Of a DNA stretch of 32,827 nucleotides, positions 8,962 through 17,417 are shown one piece after another. Made by a program: the position numbers and the translations under genes. The stretch is from contig CAXTYC010000047.1 in the NCBI GenBank assembly GCA_964248365.1, forward strand, positions 1-32,827, in the 5' to 3' direction. The first letter of the stretch is position 1, and the number at the start of each line of letters is the position of its first letter. The notes below the pieces were generated by a model. The model searched no databases and was not told where the DNA came from. It worked only from the letters and a program-made list of their open reading frames with translations. This DNA comes from an uncultured Chroococcidiopsis sp. (GTDB lineage: Bacteria > Cyanobacteriota > Cyanobacteriia > Cyanobacteriales > Chroococcidiopsidaceae).

Positions 8962-9378
8962 ATGCAGAAATTACTTATCACAATTGCGACTATGTTAAGT
9001 CTTGCTGCACCCGCAGTAGCCTTAGAGCAACCAAAAATACCTCGTAAATTAACACCACCACAAACAGGGGCAAATAAGGATTATCTAGAAATTTTGAATA
9101 AGGCACTTGCTCAAGGCGCACCAGATTACCTCAAATTATCAGATCAAGACAAGCTTAGTTATGGGCATCATACCTGTGAAGCATTAGAGGCGAATGTTAG
9201 TCTAGACACATTATTTTTTGACTATGTCAAATCAGTAATGAAAGATGTCCCTGCCCAGCAACACCAGCAAGCTGGATTTTTGTTAGGTAGTTCAATGTAT
9301 GCTGGTGTTTACAGCTTTTGCCCAAAATATCTACCACAGTTGAATGAATGGGGAAGACAGAGGTTTATGGATAAGTAA
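8962..9378 (+). CDS. Secreted DUF732-like protein
   Basis: Signal peptide ending AVA; D.YL..L...GHHTC..L....YSFCP two-cysteine pattern recalled from DUF732. Confidence 0.65.
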   Translation: MQKLLITIATMLSLAAPAVALEQPKIPRKLTPPQTGANKDYLEILNKALAQGAPDYLKLSDQDKLSYGHHTCEALEANVSLDTLFFDYVKSVMKDVPAQQHQQAGFLLGSSMYAGVYSFCPKYLPQLNEWGRQRFMDK

Positions 9379-9417
9379 AAAACCTACGTTCCTACCTTCC
9401 CACCCACGCTGAAAAAA

Positions 9418-9442
9418 GTAGGATGGGCATTGCCCACCCTAC
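9418..9442. terminator. GTAG REP-like hairpin / terminator between convergent genes
   Basis: GTAGGATGGGCA-TTGCCCACCCTAC. Confidence 0.6.
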
Positions 9443-9449
9443 AGTTGTA

Positions 9450-11285
9450 TTAAAGGAAATATCTTACAGTAGTAACAACTCGACTTTTCTTAGCACGTAA
9501 AGCTCGCTTCAAGAAAAAGGTTGTTTGGTTGTGTAAAAAACTCTCCCACCAATTACGTGTGACAAAAGTCGGGATGATGATTGTAGATAAAACGCCAGGA
9601 TTACGCGCTTCGTACTGACTCACAAACTCGACAATTGGAGTTACTACTGAGCGGTAGGGCGATTCTATAATTTCCAAAGGAATATCTGCTTCTAGCTGTC
9701 GCCATCGTTGTTGCAATTTTTCTCGGTCTGTGGAACCAATATCAATGTGTACAGCGACAATTTCATCAGCAATAGTACGAGCATAATCAAGTGCTTCTAC
9801 AGTTCCTCGGTTTAGTTGACCGACGATTACTACGGCGGGGTGAGTAACAACATCTGCTTTCGGTCTGGGAACATAACTGCGAGGTGGTATGCCTTGAATA
9901 CTCAGACGTTCTGCCACATATTTGTAGTGACGATTAATTGCTAAAAACAGGCTCACTACCATTGGAATTGCCACGACGACTAACCAAGCTCCGCCTAAGA
10001 ACTTCGTCGTCACAATCACGCCAAGAACAACTAAGGTAGCTATTGTACCCAACCCGTTCATGAGCGCACTAGCTTGCCAACCAGAAGTACGTTCGTTAAA
10101 CCAACGACGTACCATTCCCGCTTGGGACAGGGTAAAGGAAGTAAATACGCCTACTGCGTAAAGAGGAATAATGGCATTAACCTCTCCTCGGAAGATAACG
10201 ACTAGAATCGCCGCACACACACCCAGGAGAATAATACCGTTCGAGTAGACTAGGCGATCGCCCAATAGCGATAATTGTCGGGGGCAAAATCCATCTCGTG
10301 CTAAAAAGTAACAAAGTCGGGGAAAGTCAGCGTAGCTAGTATTTGCTGCTAAAAGTAAAATTAACAGCGTCACAACTTGGATAAACAAATATATCGGTCC
10401 ATCTCCCAAAATCTGGCGACCCAACAGCGAAACTACTGTTTGTCCTTCTTCAGGAACGATATGATAAACACGGGCTAAGTAAGTAATGCCAATAAACATA
10501 CACCCCAGAATCACACCCATATTGAGTAGTGTGAGTCTGGCATTTTTCCATTCTGGTTCCTTAAAAGCTAACACCCCATCTGATATTGCTTCTACTCCTG
10601 TCAACGCCGTACAGCCAGCAGAAAAAGCTCTCAAAATGAAAAACAAACTTAGCTCTTCTTTAATTGGCAGTTGGGGATAACTTTGAGGAATTTGCCCGTA
10701 GGCTTGATGATATAAACCCAGACCAATTAGCAGAAAAATACTGGCAATAAAAGCATAAGTCGGAATCATAAACAAGTTGCCTGATTCCTTTACACCTCTG
10801 AGATTTGCCAGTGACAATAAGAAAATAAAAACTAAGCAAAGCTCTACAGTATAGGGTTGCAGTGCTGGAATAGCTGAGGTGAGAGCAGCTGTACCAGCAG
10901 AGATACTCACAGTAACTGTAAGGATATAGTCGATTAGTAGTGAAGCACCTGCAATTAGACCTGGATAAAGTCCCAGGTTCTCACGGGCAACGATGTAGGA
11001 GCCACCACCCTTGGGATAGGCTCTAATCGTCTGTCTGTAAGAAAGCACGACTATGGCTAATAGCAGGATAATTGCTATGGCAATGGGGAGAGACAAACCC
11101 AGAGCGCTACTTCCTGCTGCTACTAGAACTAGTAGAATTTCTTCAGTCGCGTAAGCAACGGAAGAAAGGGCATCAGAAGAGAGAACGGCTAAAGCTGCGG
11201 CATTGCTTAAGCGTTCTTCTGCATGAGCGCTTGTCGGTAATGATTCACCAAATACGGTTTTTTTAAACCAAGAAGAAAAGGACAT
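9450..11285 (-). CDS. APC family permease, KimA/YdaO-like (putative K+ uptake)
   Basis: SSDALSSVAYATEE, YRQTIRAYP.GGG.Y, ALTGVEAISDG and IPLYAVGVF motifs; ~12 TM helices and a soluble C-terminal domain (SPYR, LHNQT). Confidence 0.88.
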   Translation of the reverse strand: MSFSSWFKKTVFGESLPTSAHAEERLSNAAALAVLSSDALSSVAYATEEILLVLVAAGSSALGLSLPIAIAIILLLAIVVLSYRQTIRAYPKGGGSYIVARENLGLYPGLIAGASLLIDYILTVTVSISAGTAALTSAIPALQPYTVELCLVFIFLLSLANLRGVKESGNLFMIPTYAFIASIFLLIGLGLYHQAYGQIPQSYPQLPIKEELSLFFILRAFSAGCTALTGVEAISDGVLAFKEPEWKNARLTLLNMGVILGCMFIGITYLARVYHIVPEEGQTVVSLLGRQILGDGPIYLFIQVVTLLILLLAANTSYADFPRLCYFLARDGFCPRQLSLLGDRLVYSNGIILLGVCAAILVVIFRGEVNAIIPLYAVGVFTSFTLSQAGMVRRWFNERTSGWQASALMNGLGTIATLVVLGVIVTTKFLGGAWLVVVAIPMVVSLFLAINRHYKYVAERLSIQGIPPRSYVPRPKADVVTHPAVVIVGQLNRGTVEALDYARTIADEIVAVHIDIGSTDREKLQQRWRQLEADIPLEIIESPYRSVVTPIVEFVSQYEARNPGVLSTIIIPTFVTRNWWESFLHNQTTFFLKRALRAKKSRVVTTVRYFL

Positions 11286-11381
11286 GACAAGTCAACTTGG
11301 GAAAAGTTTTTCCGACGCAGGGACAACTGAGCAAGAATGATTGCTTTTGTATCAGATACACGATCAATTTCAACAGTATAT

Positions 11382-12689
11382 CTAAAGCAAACGTAATTGA
11401 CCTTGTATTTTTTCTGGTATTGTAGGGGCATTAGCTTCAGTATTTGGCTCTGGTTCTAGCCATACTTCAGTTTCAGCCGCTAGCAACAGTTGTGCTGCGT
11501 CAATCATTCCTGCGGCAATATCTTTGAGATCTGCTCGATTATCTAAGTATGTTTTTAAAGCTTCCATCGGATCTATACTATTACTTGCATCTAGTTCTGG
11601 TAGGCGGGGTCGAGCTAGTTGGCTAACTAATTCTGGTTGAATTGTATAAGTGTGTGCCGAAGCGAGAGCTTGATGTAAAGATACACTGTCAATAGAATCG
11701 ATCTGATCGGAACGAAGTTTATAAATTAGCCGCACTACGGCATCTTGGATGTCCTTTTTGCCAATTGCTTTTAATAAGGCGGATTGGGGATCGTCTGCCT
11801 TGGAAAGATCTACATTAATGGTACAAAAGGAGCGGACTGGGAGAGGGCAGAATTCCCACTGCGCTCTACCTCGCTCCAGTTCTATCATGACAAAGCCTTT
11901 GTCTTCTTTTTCTTCACTAAAATCAACGCGCTCAATACTACCTGGGTAAATCACTGGCGGATCGTTGGAAGGATTAAGATTTTGGTGACGGTGGACATGA
12001 CCTAGAGCTACGTAGTCAAAACAAGGGCGAACAAGCATTGATAGGGGAATGGTAAAGCCTTTGCCTACTGCTAGGAAACGCTCAGCACCGAAAGAGGCGT
12101 TATCAATCATCAAGTGACCTAAGAGGACTGTTGGCACATCGGGTTCTAGGCGACGAATTTCGCCTTCCATTACTACTCGCAAGCGTTCAATCAATAGCTG
12201 GTTTACTTCAGCTAGGGATAAACCTTCGGTTTCTGGACGAGCAAGTAGGGTGGAGCGAGTTAGCCAAGGGAGGGTAATGATTTGGACTGGTCCCTTACGG
12301 GTTTGGATGTGGTGAGTAGTTAGGCGATCGCCTACTACAAATCCTGGCACTCCCAAGGTACGATAAATACACAAGCTTGCCCCGCCTTGCCCTTGGGAAT
12401 GCTGATCGTGGTTGCCTACCAGCAAGACGGTGGGAATTTCGGCATCTACCAGACGGCGAAATTGACTGGCAAACTTTTCTTGTACATATGGCGCAGGTGT
12501 GGCATCGGGAAAAGCATCACCGCCAAATAAAACTAGATCTACTGGTTCTGCTAGCGCAGTGTCAATACATCGTGATAATGTATTGACAAAATCCTCCAAC
12601 CGTGTATTCATTCCCGTCGTTGGATTGAGTCGCCCGTGGGAGAAGCTACTCCCCATATGGATATCGGATAGGTGGAGGATTTTAATCAT
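11382..12689 (-). CDS. sbcD: Exonuclease SbcD (Mre11-like metallophosphoesterase)
   Basis: HLSDIH, GGDAF, GNHD, ALGHVH, YPGS.ERVDFSE. ATG at 12689 preferred over 12713, which lies inside heptamer repeats. Confidence 0.93.
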   Translation of the reverse strand: MIKILHLSDIHMGSSFSHGRLNPTTGMNTRLEDFVNTLSRCIDTALAEPVDLVLFGGDAFPDATPAPYVQEKFASQFRRLVDAEIPTVLLVGNHDQHSQGQGGASLCIYRTLGVPGFVVGDRLTTHHIQTRKGPVQIITLPWLTRSTLLARPETEGLSLAEVNQLLIERLRVVMEGEIRRLEPDVPTVLLGHLMIDNASFGAERFLAVGKGFTIPLSMLVRPCFDYVALGHVHRHQNLNPSNDPPVIYPGSIERVDFSEEKEDKGFVMIELERGRAQWEFCPLPVRSFCTINVDLSKADDPQSALLKAIGKKDIQDAVVRLIYKLRSDQIDSIDSVSLHQALASAHTYTIQPELVSQLARPRLPELDASNSIDPMEALKTYLDNRADLKDIAAGMIDAAQLLLAAETEVWLEPEPNTEANAPTIPEKIQGQLRLL

Positions 12690-12815
12690 GTTTTGTCCTT
12701 TGTCTTTTGTCATTAGTCATTTGTTGTTTGTCCTTTGTCCTTTGTCCTTTGTCATTTGTTGTTTGTTCAAAACTAATGACCAATGACCAATGACCAATGA
12801 CCAATGACCAATGAC
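12690..12815. repeat. STRR2-like heptamer tandem repeats in inverted arrangement
   Basis: (TTTGTCC/A)n followed by (TGACCAA)5, the reverse complement of TTGGTCA. Confidence 0.85.
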
Positions 12816-12817
12816 GC

Positions 12818-13543
12818 TTAGATGTGGATGCCACATTCGGTTTTGCCTGTACCGCGCCAGCGTCCAGCACGTTCGTCTTCGCCTTCGGCTACTGGTGTGG
12901 TAATTGGTTCATCGCCAATACTGGGATAGCCTTGGTCATGCAAGGGGTTATAAATCATATGATGCTCGAATGCATATGCCCAAGATTCTTTACGAGTCCA
13001 GCTGGCGAGAGGATTGACTTTGAGGCGTTGTTTGCCATCGAGTTCAAATACTGGCATATCAGAGCGGGTGGTTGCTTGATCGCGGCGGCGACCAGTGAGC
13101 CAAGCAATGGTGTTTAGTTCTGCTAGACCTCGCTGTAGGGGTTCGATTTTGGTAATTTGATGGAATTGAGTAATATCTTTATCCCACAGAGCATCACCGA
13201 ATTTTGCCGCAAAGGCTTCACGGGTGTCGATGTCTGGTGTTTTATATATTTTAAGATCTAAATTGTATAAGTCCTTTGCTTTGCCAACTAACTCTAGAGT
13301 TTGAGGAAAGTGGTGCAGAGTGTCGAGAAACATTACCGGAACTCGGCGCGCCAGATCGCGGTAAAGAATGTCGGTAATCACCAAATCATCAATGTTAAAG
13401 GCGCTGGTTTGCACCAATCCATTTGGGATATGCTCAACACACCAGGCAAGAATCTCTCTAGGATGGGCATTATCAAATTTTCGGTTTAGTTCATCTAGGT
13501 TGAAATTAGCAAACCTGCTGGGAGATTCTGTTGAATGAGTCAT
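12818..13543 (-). CDS. cysH: Phosphoadenosine phosphosulfate (PAPS) reductase
   Basis: FLDTL.HF, KIEPL, TGRRRDQ, GYPSIG, ERAGRW, ECGIH motifs; no Fe-S cysteine pairs. Confidence 0.95.
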   Translation of the reverse strand: MTHSTESPSRFANFNLDELNRKFDNAHPREILAWCVEHIPNGLVQTSAFNIDDLVITDILYRDLARRVPVMFLDTLHHFPQTLELVGKAKDLYNLDLKIYKTPDIDTREAFAAKFGDALWDKDITQFHQITKIEPLQRGLAELNTIAWLTGRRRDQATTRSDMPVFELDGKQRLKVNPLASWTRKESWAYAFEHHMIYNPLHDQGYPSIGDEPITTPVAEGEDERAGRWRGTGKTECGIHI

Positions 13544-13587
13544 ACAAGGCTCGTGCTATTAAATATTCTGCATCTTTACAATAACTA

Positions 13588-13908
13588 AATTCAGAAGTCA
13601 AAAGACAGAAGTCAGAAGTATGAAGTGTGAAGTGTGAAAGATGAAGTGTGTAAGCGTTGCGGCGCGTTAGCGCAGTATGAAGTATGTACAAGGGAGCGGG
13701 ATCTGTAGGCTAGGAGTTGTGGAGGTGAAAAGTTGTGGAGACAGAATATTAATTCTTTCCCTCTTCCCTTTTCCCTCTTTCCTTTTCCCTTTATCCTTCA
13801 ACCTTTACCCTTTATACTTTAGCCTTTAACCTTCACCGCAACACCGCTTTACACTTTTTACCCTTTACCCTTACACTCGCCCCTAGCCTCTAGTCCCTAG
13901 CCCCTAAA
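13588..13908. repeat. Mixed heptamer repeat tracts in the cysH/glutaredoxin divergent intergenic region
   Basis: CAGAAGT, GTGTGAA, CCCTTT(T/A) and CCCCTAG tandem units. Confidence 0.7.
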
Positions 13909-13911
13909 AAA

Positions 13912-14196
13912 ATGCGATTAATTTTGTACAGTAAGCCTGGTTGCCACTTGTGTGAAGGCTTGGAAGAAAAGTTGGATGTGATTATAAAAAGCCAAGATTT
14001 ATCGTCTCTAGAGCTAGAGATTCGGGACATTACCAGTCGTGAAGATTGGTTTCGCGCGTATGAGTATGAAGTTCCTGTACTATTTCTGGATGCTATGGGT
14101 AAAGAAGTGATGCTGCCTCGCCCTTCTCCCCGCGCTACAGTCAATCATTTGAAGCAAATGATACAGAAATATATGGGAAGTTATGAAAGACAATAG
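13912..14196 (+). CDS. Glutaredoxin-like protein (DUF836)
   Basis: LILYSKPGCHLC ... YEYEVPVL ... LPRPSPR. Confidence 0.9.
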   Translation: MRLILYSKPGCHLCEGLEEKLDVIIKSQDLSSLELEIRDITSREDWFRAYEYEVPVLFLDAMGKEVMLPRPSPRATVNHLKQMIQKYMGSYERQ

Positions 14197-14204
14197 TCCA
14201 GTAA

Positions 14205-14335
14205 TGAGGGGCTAGGGGCTAGAGGCTTTGGCGCAGGGGTTAGAGGAAGCGCGAGGAACCAGAGTTTAGTAAAATTCTCCTTGTCTTCCTTGTCCCCTTG
14301 TCCCCTTGTCCCAAGCCCGTAGCCCCTAGTCCCTT
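14205..14335. repeat. Heptamer repeats GGGGCTA / CCTTGTC / CCCCTAG
   Basis: Tandem units with inverted arms between the glutaredoxin gene and murE. Confidence 0.7.
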
Positions 14336-14354
14336 CTTATGAGGATTCCTTGAT

Positions 14355-15875
14355 ATGAAGTTGCGTGAGTTATTAGCAAACGTTGAGAGTATTGAGCAAT
14401 TGCCCAATCATCCTGCCTTGGATAGGTCAGTTAAAGGTTTGGCGACTAATTCTCATGCTTGCCAACCTGGAGATTTATTTATTGGGATGCCTGGGACGCG
14501 GGTGGATGGTGGGGAGTTTTGGCAAAGTGCGATCGCCAGTGGTGCTATTGCTGCTTTGGTTTCCCCCCAGGTGGCGTTTAAGAGAGCGGGGGGAGCGGGG
14601 ATCGCTGTGGAAGCAGGGGGGGAGCATCCCTGTATAATTACTGCGACAAATATGGTTCAAGCTTGCGCCCAAGTAGCAACTGCTTTTTATGGCTATCCAG
14701 CGCCTCAGTTGAAACTTGTAGGTGTGACGGGTACGAATGGCAAAACTACAACTACTCACCTAATCGAATTCTTCCTTACTGGGGCTAAGTTACCCACAGC
14801 TTTGATGGGAACACTCTACACAAGGTGGGCAGGTTTTGAGCGAACCGCTGCCCATACTACGCCGTTTGCCGTCGAACTACAACACCAGCTAGCAGCAGCA
14901 TTGCAGGCGGGGTGTCAATTCGCGGCGATGGAAGTCAGTTCCCACGCTTTGGCACAGGGTAGGGTAATGGGCTGTCCTTTTGAGGTGGCTGTATTTACTA
15001 ATCTGACTCAAGATCATCTGGACTTTCACCGCGATATGGAAGACTATTTTGCCGCCAAAGCAAGGCTATTTAGTCCCGACTATCTCCAGGGAATGGCGGT
15101 GATTAATGCTGATGATTTATATGGGCAAAGGTTAATTGCAAGACTAAATTCAGAAAGAGTATGGCGCTATAGTGTGCTAAACGGAAATACGGCTGATCTG
15201 TGGATGAGTGACCTCAGTTACGAGCCAACGGGTGTTAGTGGGATGCTGCATACGCCAAAAGGTAAGGTGGCTTTTCGATCCCCATTAATCGGGCAGTACA
15301 ATCTTGCTAATTTATTAGCAGCGGTAGGAGCAGCTTTACACGTGGGAGTAGATTTAGAATTAATTGCCTCCTTGTTGCCACAATTTTCCGGTGTACCAGG
15401 ACGGATGGAACGAGTACAAATTGATTCCCAGCAGGATATCAGTGTGATTGTGGATTATGCTCACACGCCGGATAGTTTGGAGAATTTATTACGGGCAGCT
15501 AGACCGTTTATTCCAGGTAAAATGATTTGTGTATTCGGTTGTGGAGGCGATCGCGATCGCACCAAGCGCCCCATCATGGGTAAGATTGCTGCCTTAGAAG
15601 CAGATGTCGCCGTTGTTACCTCAGATAATCCCCGTACCGAAGACCCAGATCAGATTTTACAAGATATTCTGGCTGGTATTCCATCCACAACTGAGCCGCT
15701 AGTAATCAGCGATCGCGCCTCTGCTATTCATACGGCGATCGCAATGGCTCAAAGCGGAGACGGAGTACTAATTGCAGGTAAAGGTCACGAAGATTACCAA
15801 ATTCTTGGAACTGAAAAAATCCACTTTGACGATCGAGAACAAGCAAGAGATGCTTTAATGCAAAGAAAGAAGTAA
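14355..15875 (+). CDS. murE: UDP-N-acetylmuramoyl-L-alanyl-D-glutamate--2,6-diaminopimelate ligase
   Basis: GVTGTNGKTT, MEVSSH, FTNLTQDHLDFH, VDYAHTPD, DNPR (meso-DAP specificity), AGKGHE. Confidence 0.97.
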   Translation: MKLRELLANVESIEQLPNHPALDRSVKGLATNSHACQPGDLFIGMPGTRVDGGEFWQSAIASGAIAALVSPQVAFKRAGGAGIAVEAGGEHPCIITATNMVQACAQVATAFYGYPAPQLKLVGVTGTNGKTTTTHLIEFFLTGAKLPTALMGTLYTRWAGFERTAAHTTPFAVELQHQLAAALQAGCQFAAMEVSSHALAQGRVMGCPFEVAVFTNLTQDHLDFHRDMEDYFAAKARLFSPDYLQGMAVINADDLYGQRLIARLNSERVWRYSVLNGNTADLWMSDLSYEPTGVSGMLHTPKGKVAFRSPLIGQYNLANLLAAVGAALHVGVDLELIASLLPQFSGVPGRMERVQIDSQQDISVIVDYAHTPDSLENLLRAARPFIPGKMICVFGCGGDRDRTKRPIMGKIAALEADVAVVTSDNPRTEDPDQILQDILAGIPSTTEPLVISDRASAIHTAIAMAQSGDGVLIAGKGHEDYQILGTEKIHFDDREQARDALMQRKK

Positions 15876-15937
15876 CAAGGTAAACACTAAACCGAATAAA
15901 CCCACCAAAACAAATAATTTAGGCTTTTTGCCTTTTT

Positions 15938-17383
15938 ATGGATATTTCCCTTTATAAGCTAGCTCTCGATATAAAACCACCACCAACTGGGTTGTTAGTC
16001 AGTCCAACAACTCTGCTATCGTTAGCTGAGTCGGTAATTGAAGTGCTTGTTAAACAGCAAATTTCAGCTACACTCTGGCTCAAGCTACCACCTGGAAAGA
16101 TTTGGTACTCAGCAATCCGACGCTACCATGAGCAAGTGAAAGTATCTCATAATACATATGTATGCTACACTCAAAAGGCAGGTAATGGTCATATTGCCCA
16201 GGAAAGCTTTCCTATCGTACCAGTCCAGTTAGTAGCAAATAGCCAACTCAGACGCGATTATTTTTTATTAGTTTTGTCGCCCCAGTTTTCTAGTTTGATT
16301 TTGGCTCACCGTTCGCGGATGAGACGGCAGAAAAAGGCAAAGACCAAAGAAAACACTTACCAAAACCAAAAGAAAATAATGCCGTTACTGAGTATCTGCT
16401 CTTTTGAGGGACAGATAATTCAGGGAGTGCTAGATGGGTTGAAACACTCAATTACACAAAGCGTAAGATTAGGGGTATCCCAGCCACAATCCCAAACAAT
16501 AAATACCCAGTTGTTGAAAAACTGGGATTCGCTATTTAGTTTTTCGCCAGCACCTAACTCGGTCTTACTTGAGCAATTATTAGCTAAACAAATTCAGCAA
16601 CAAGATGCAGTGAGGCGTAGTGCGATCAGTGAACGGATTAATATATTACAGCGACAAAATCAAGAACTGCTTGAAACTTTAAGTCGCAAACATGAATCTT
16701 TCAACAGTATGTGTGAGGAGCTACGCACCCCTCTAACTCATATGAAGGCGGCTTTGAGTCTTTTGAATTCTCCTCATCTCAAACCACCCCAAAAACAGCG
16801 CTATCTGCAACTTCTCAGTAGCGAGTGCGATCGGCAAAATTTTCTAATTAATGGACTTTTGGAGTTAATGCAGCTGGAAAGCTCAGAGCAGCAAACAGTT
16901 ATTATGCCGCTACGCTTAAGTGACATTGTGCCAGGAGTGGTCAGTACTTACCAGCCCCTAGCTGGGGAAAAAGGCATTATGCTGGCTTATACTGTCTCTA
17001 CCGATCTCCCTGCTGTTTATTGCTCACCCGCTTGGCTCAGACAAATCGTAATTAATCTACTGCACAACAGTATTAAGTTCACTCCCACTGGTGGTAAAGT
17101 TTGGGTAATAGCTTCTGTTCAAGGTGATTATGTGCAATTAGAGTTCCGTGATACTGGCATCGGCATTTCACCTTACGAACTCCCTAAAATCTTTGACCGC
17201 TTTTATCGTGTTCGTTCAGCCTCTAGTGATGATCCTAGTGGTGCGGGACTAGGCTTAACAATTGTGCAACAACTCCTCCTGCGCTGCGGAGGCTCTATTT
17301 CAGTTAAAAGTAAGCCTGGGGAGGGTTCTACCTTCAATGTACTATTGCCGATCGTGCCTTCTAGTGGAGGGGCTAGGGGCTAG
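15938..17383 (+). CDS. Histidine-kinase-like protein with DICT-like N-terminal sensor; canonical phospho-His absent
   Basis: H-box reads CEELRTPLTHMK. Intact N box (NLLHNSIKFT), G1 (DTGIG), F (IFDRFYR) and G2 (GAGLGL). Confidence 0.82.
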   Translation: MDISLYKLALDIKPPPTGLLVSPTTLLSLAESVIEVLVKQQISATLWLKLPPGKIWYSAIRRYHEQVKVSHNTYVCYTQKAGNGHIAQESFPIVPVQLVANSQLRRDYFLLVLSPQFSSLILAHRSRMRRQKKAKTKENTYQNQKKIMPLLSICSFEGQIIQGVLDGLKHSITQSVRLGVSQPQSQTINTQLLKNWDSLFSFSPAPNSVLLEQLLAKQIQQQDAVRRSAISERINILQRQNQELLETLSRKHESFNSMCEELRTPLTHMKAALSLLNSPHLKPPQKQRYLQLLSSECDRQNFLINGLLELMQLESSEQQTVIMPLRLSDIVPGVVSTYQPLAGEKGIMLAYTVSTDLPAVYCSPAWLRQIVINLLHNSIKFTPTGGKVWVIASVQGDYVQLEFRDTGIGISPYELPKIFDRFYRVRSASSDDPSGAGLGLTIVQQLLLRCGGSISVKSKPGEGSTFNVLLPIVPSSGGARG

Positions 17384-17417
17384 GGCTCTCGCCTCTCGCC
17401 CCTGGTTCCTCTAGCCC

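Noticed and set aside
11286..11381. Possible c-di-AMP (ydaO) riboswitch ahead of the KimA-like gene
   Set aside because: Only ~96 bp separate it from sbcD and no recognisable riboswitch motif is present.
12690..12815. Tandem repeats as a mini-CRISPR
   Set aside because: 7-bp units without unique spacers; ordinary STRR repeats.
12499..12870. ORFs 12499-12786 and 12682-12870
   Set aside because: Translations of heptamer repeats (SLVIGHW, TNDKGQ) or antisense to sbcD.
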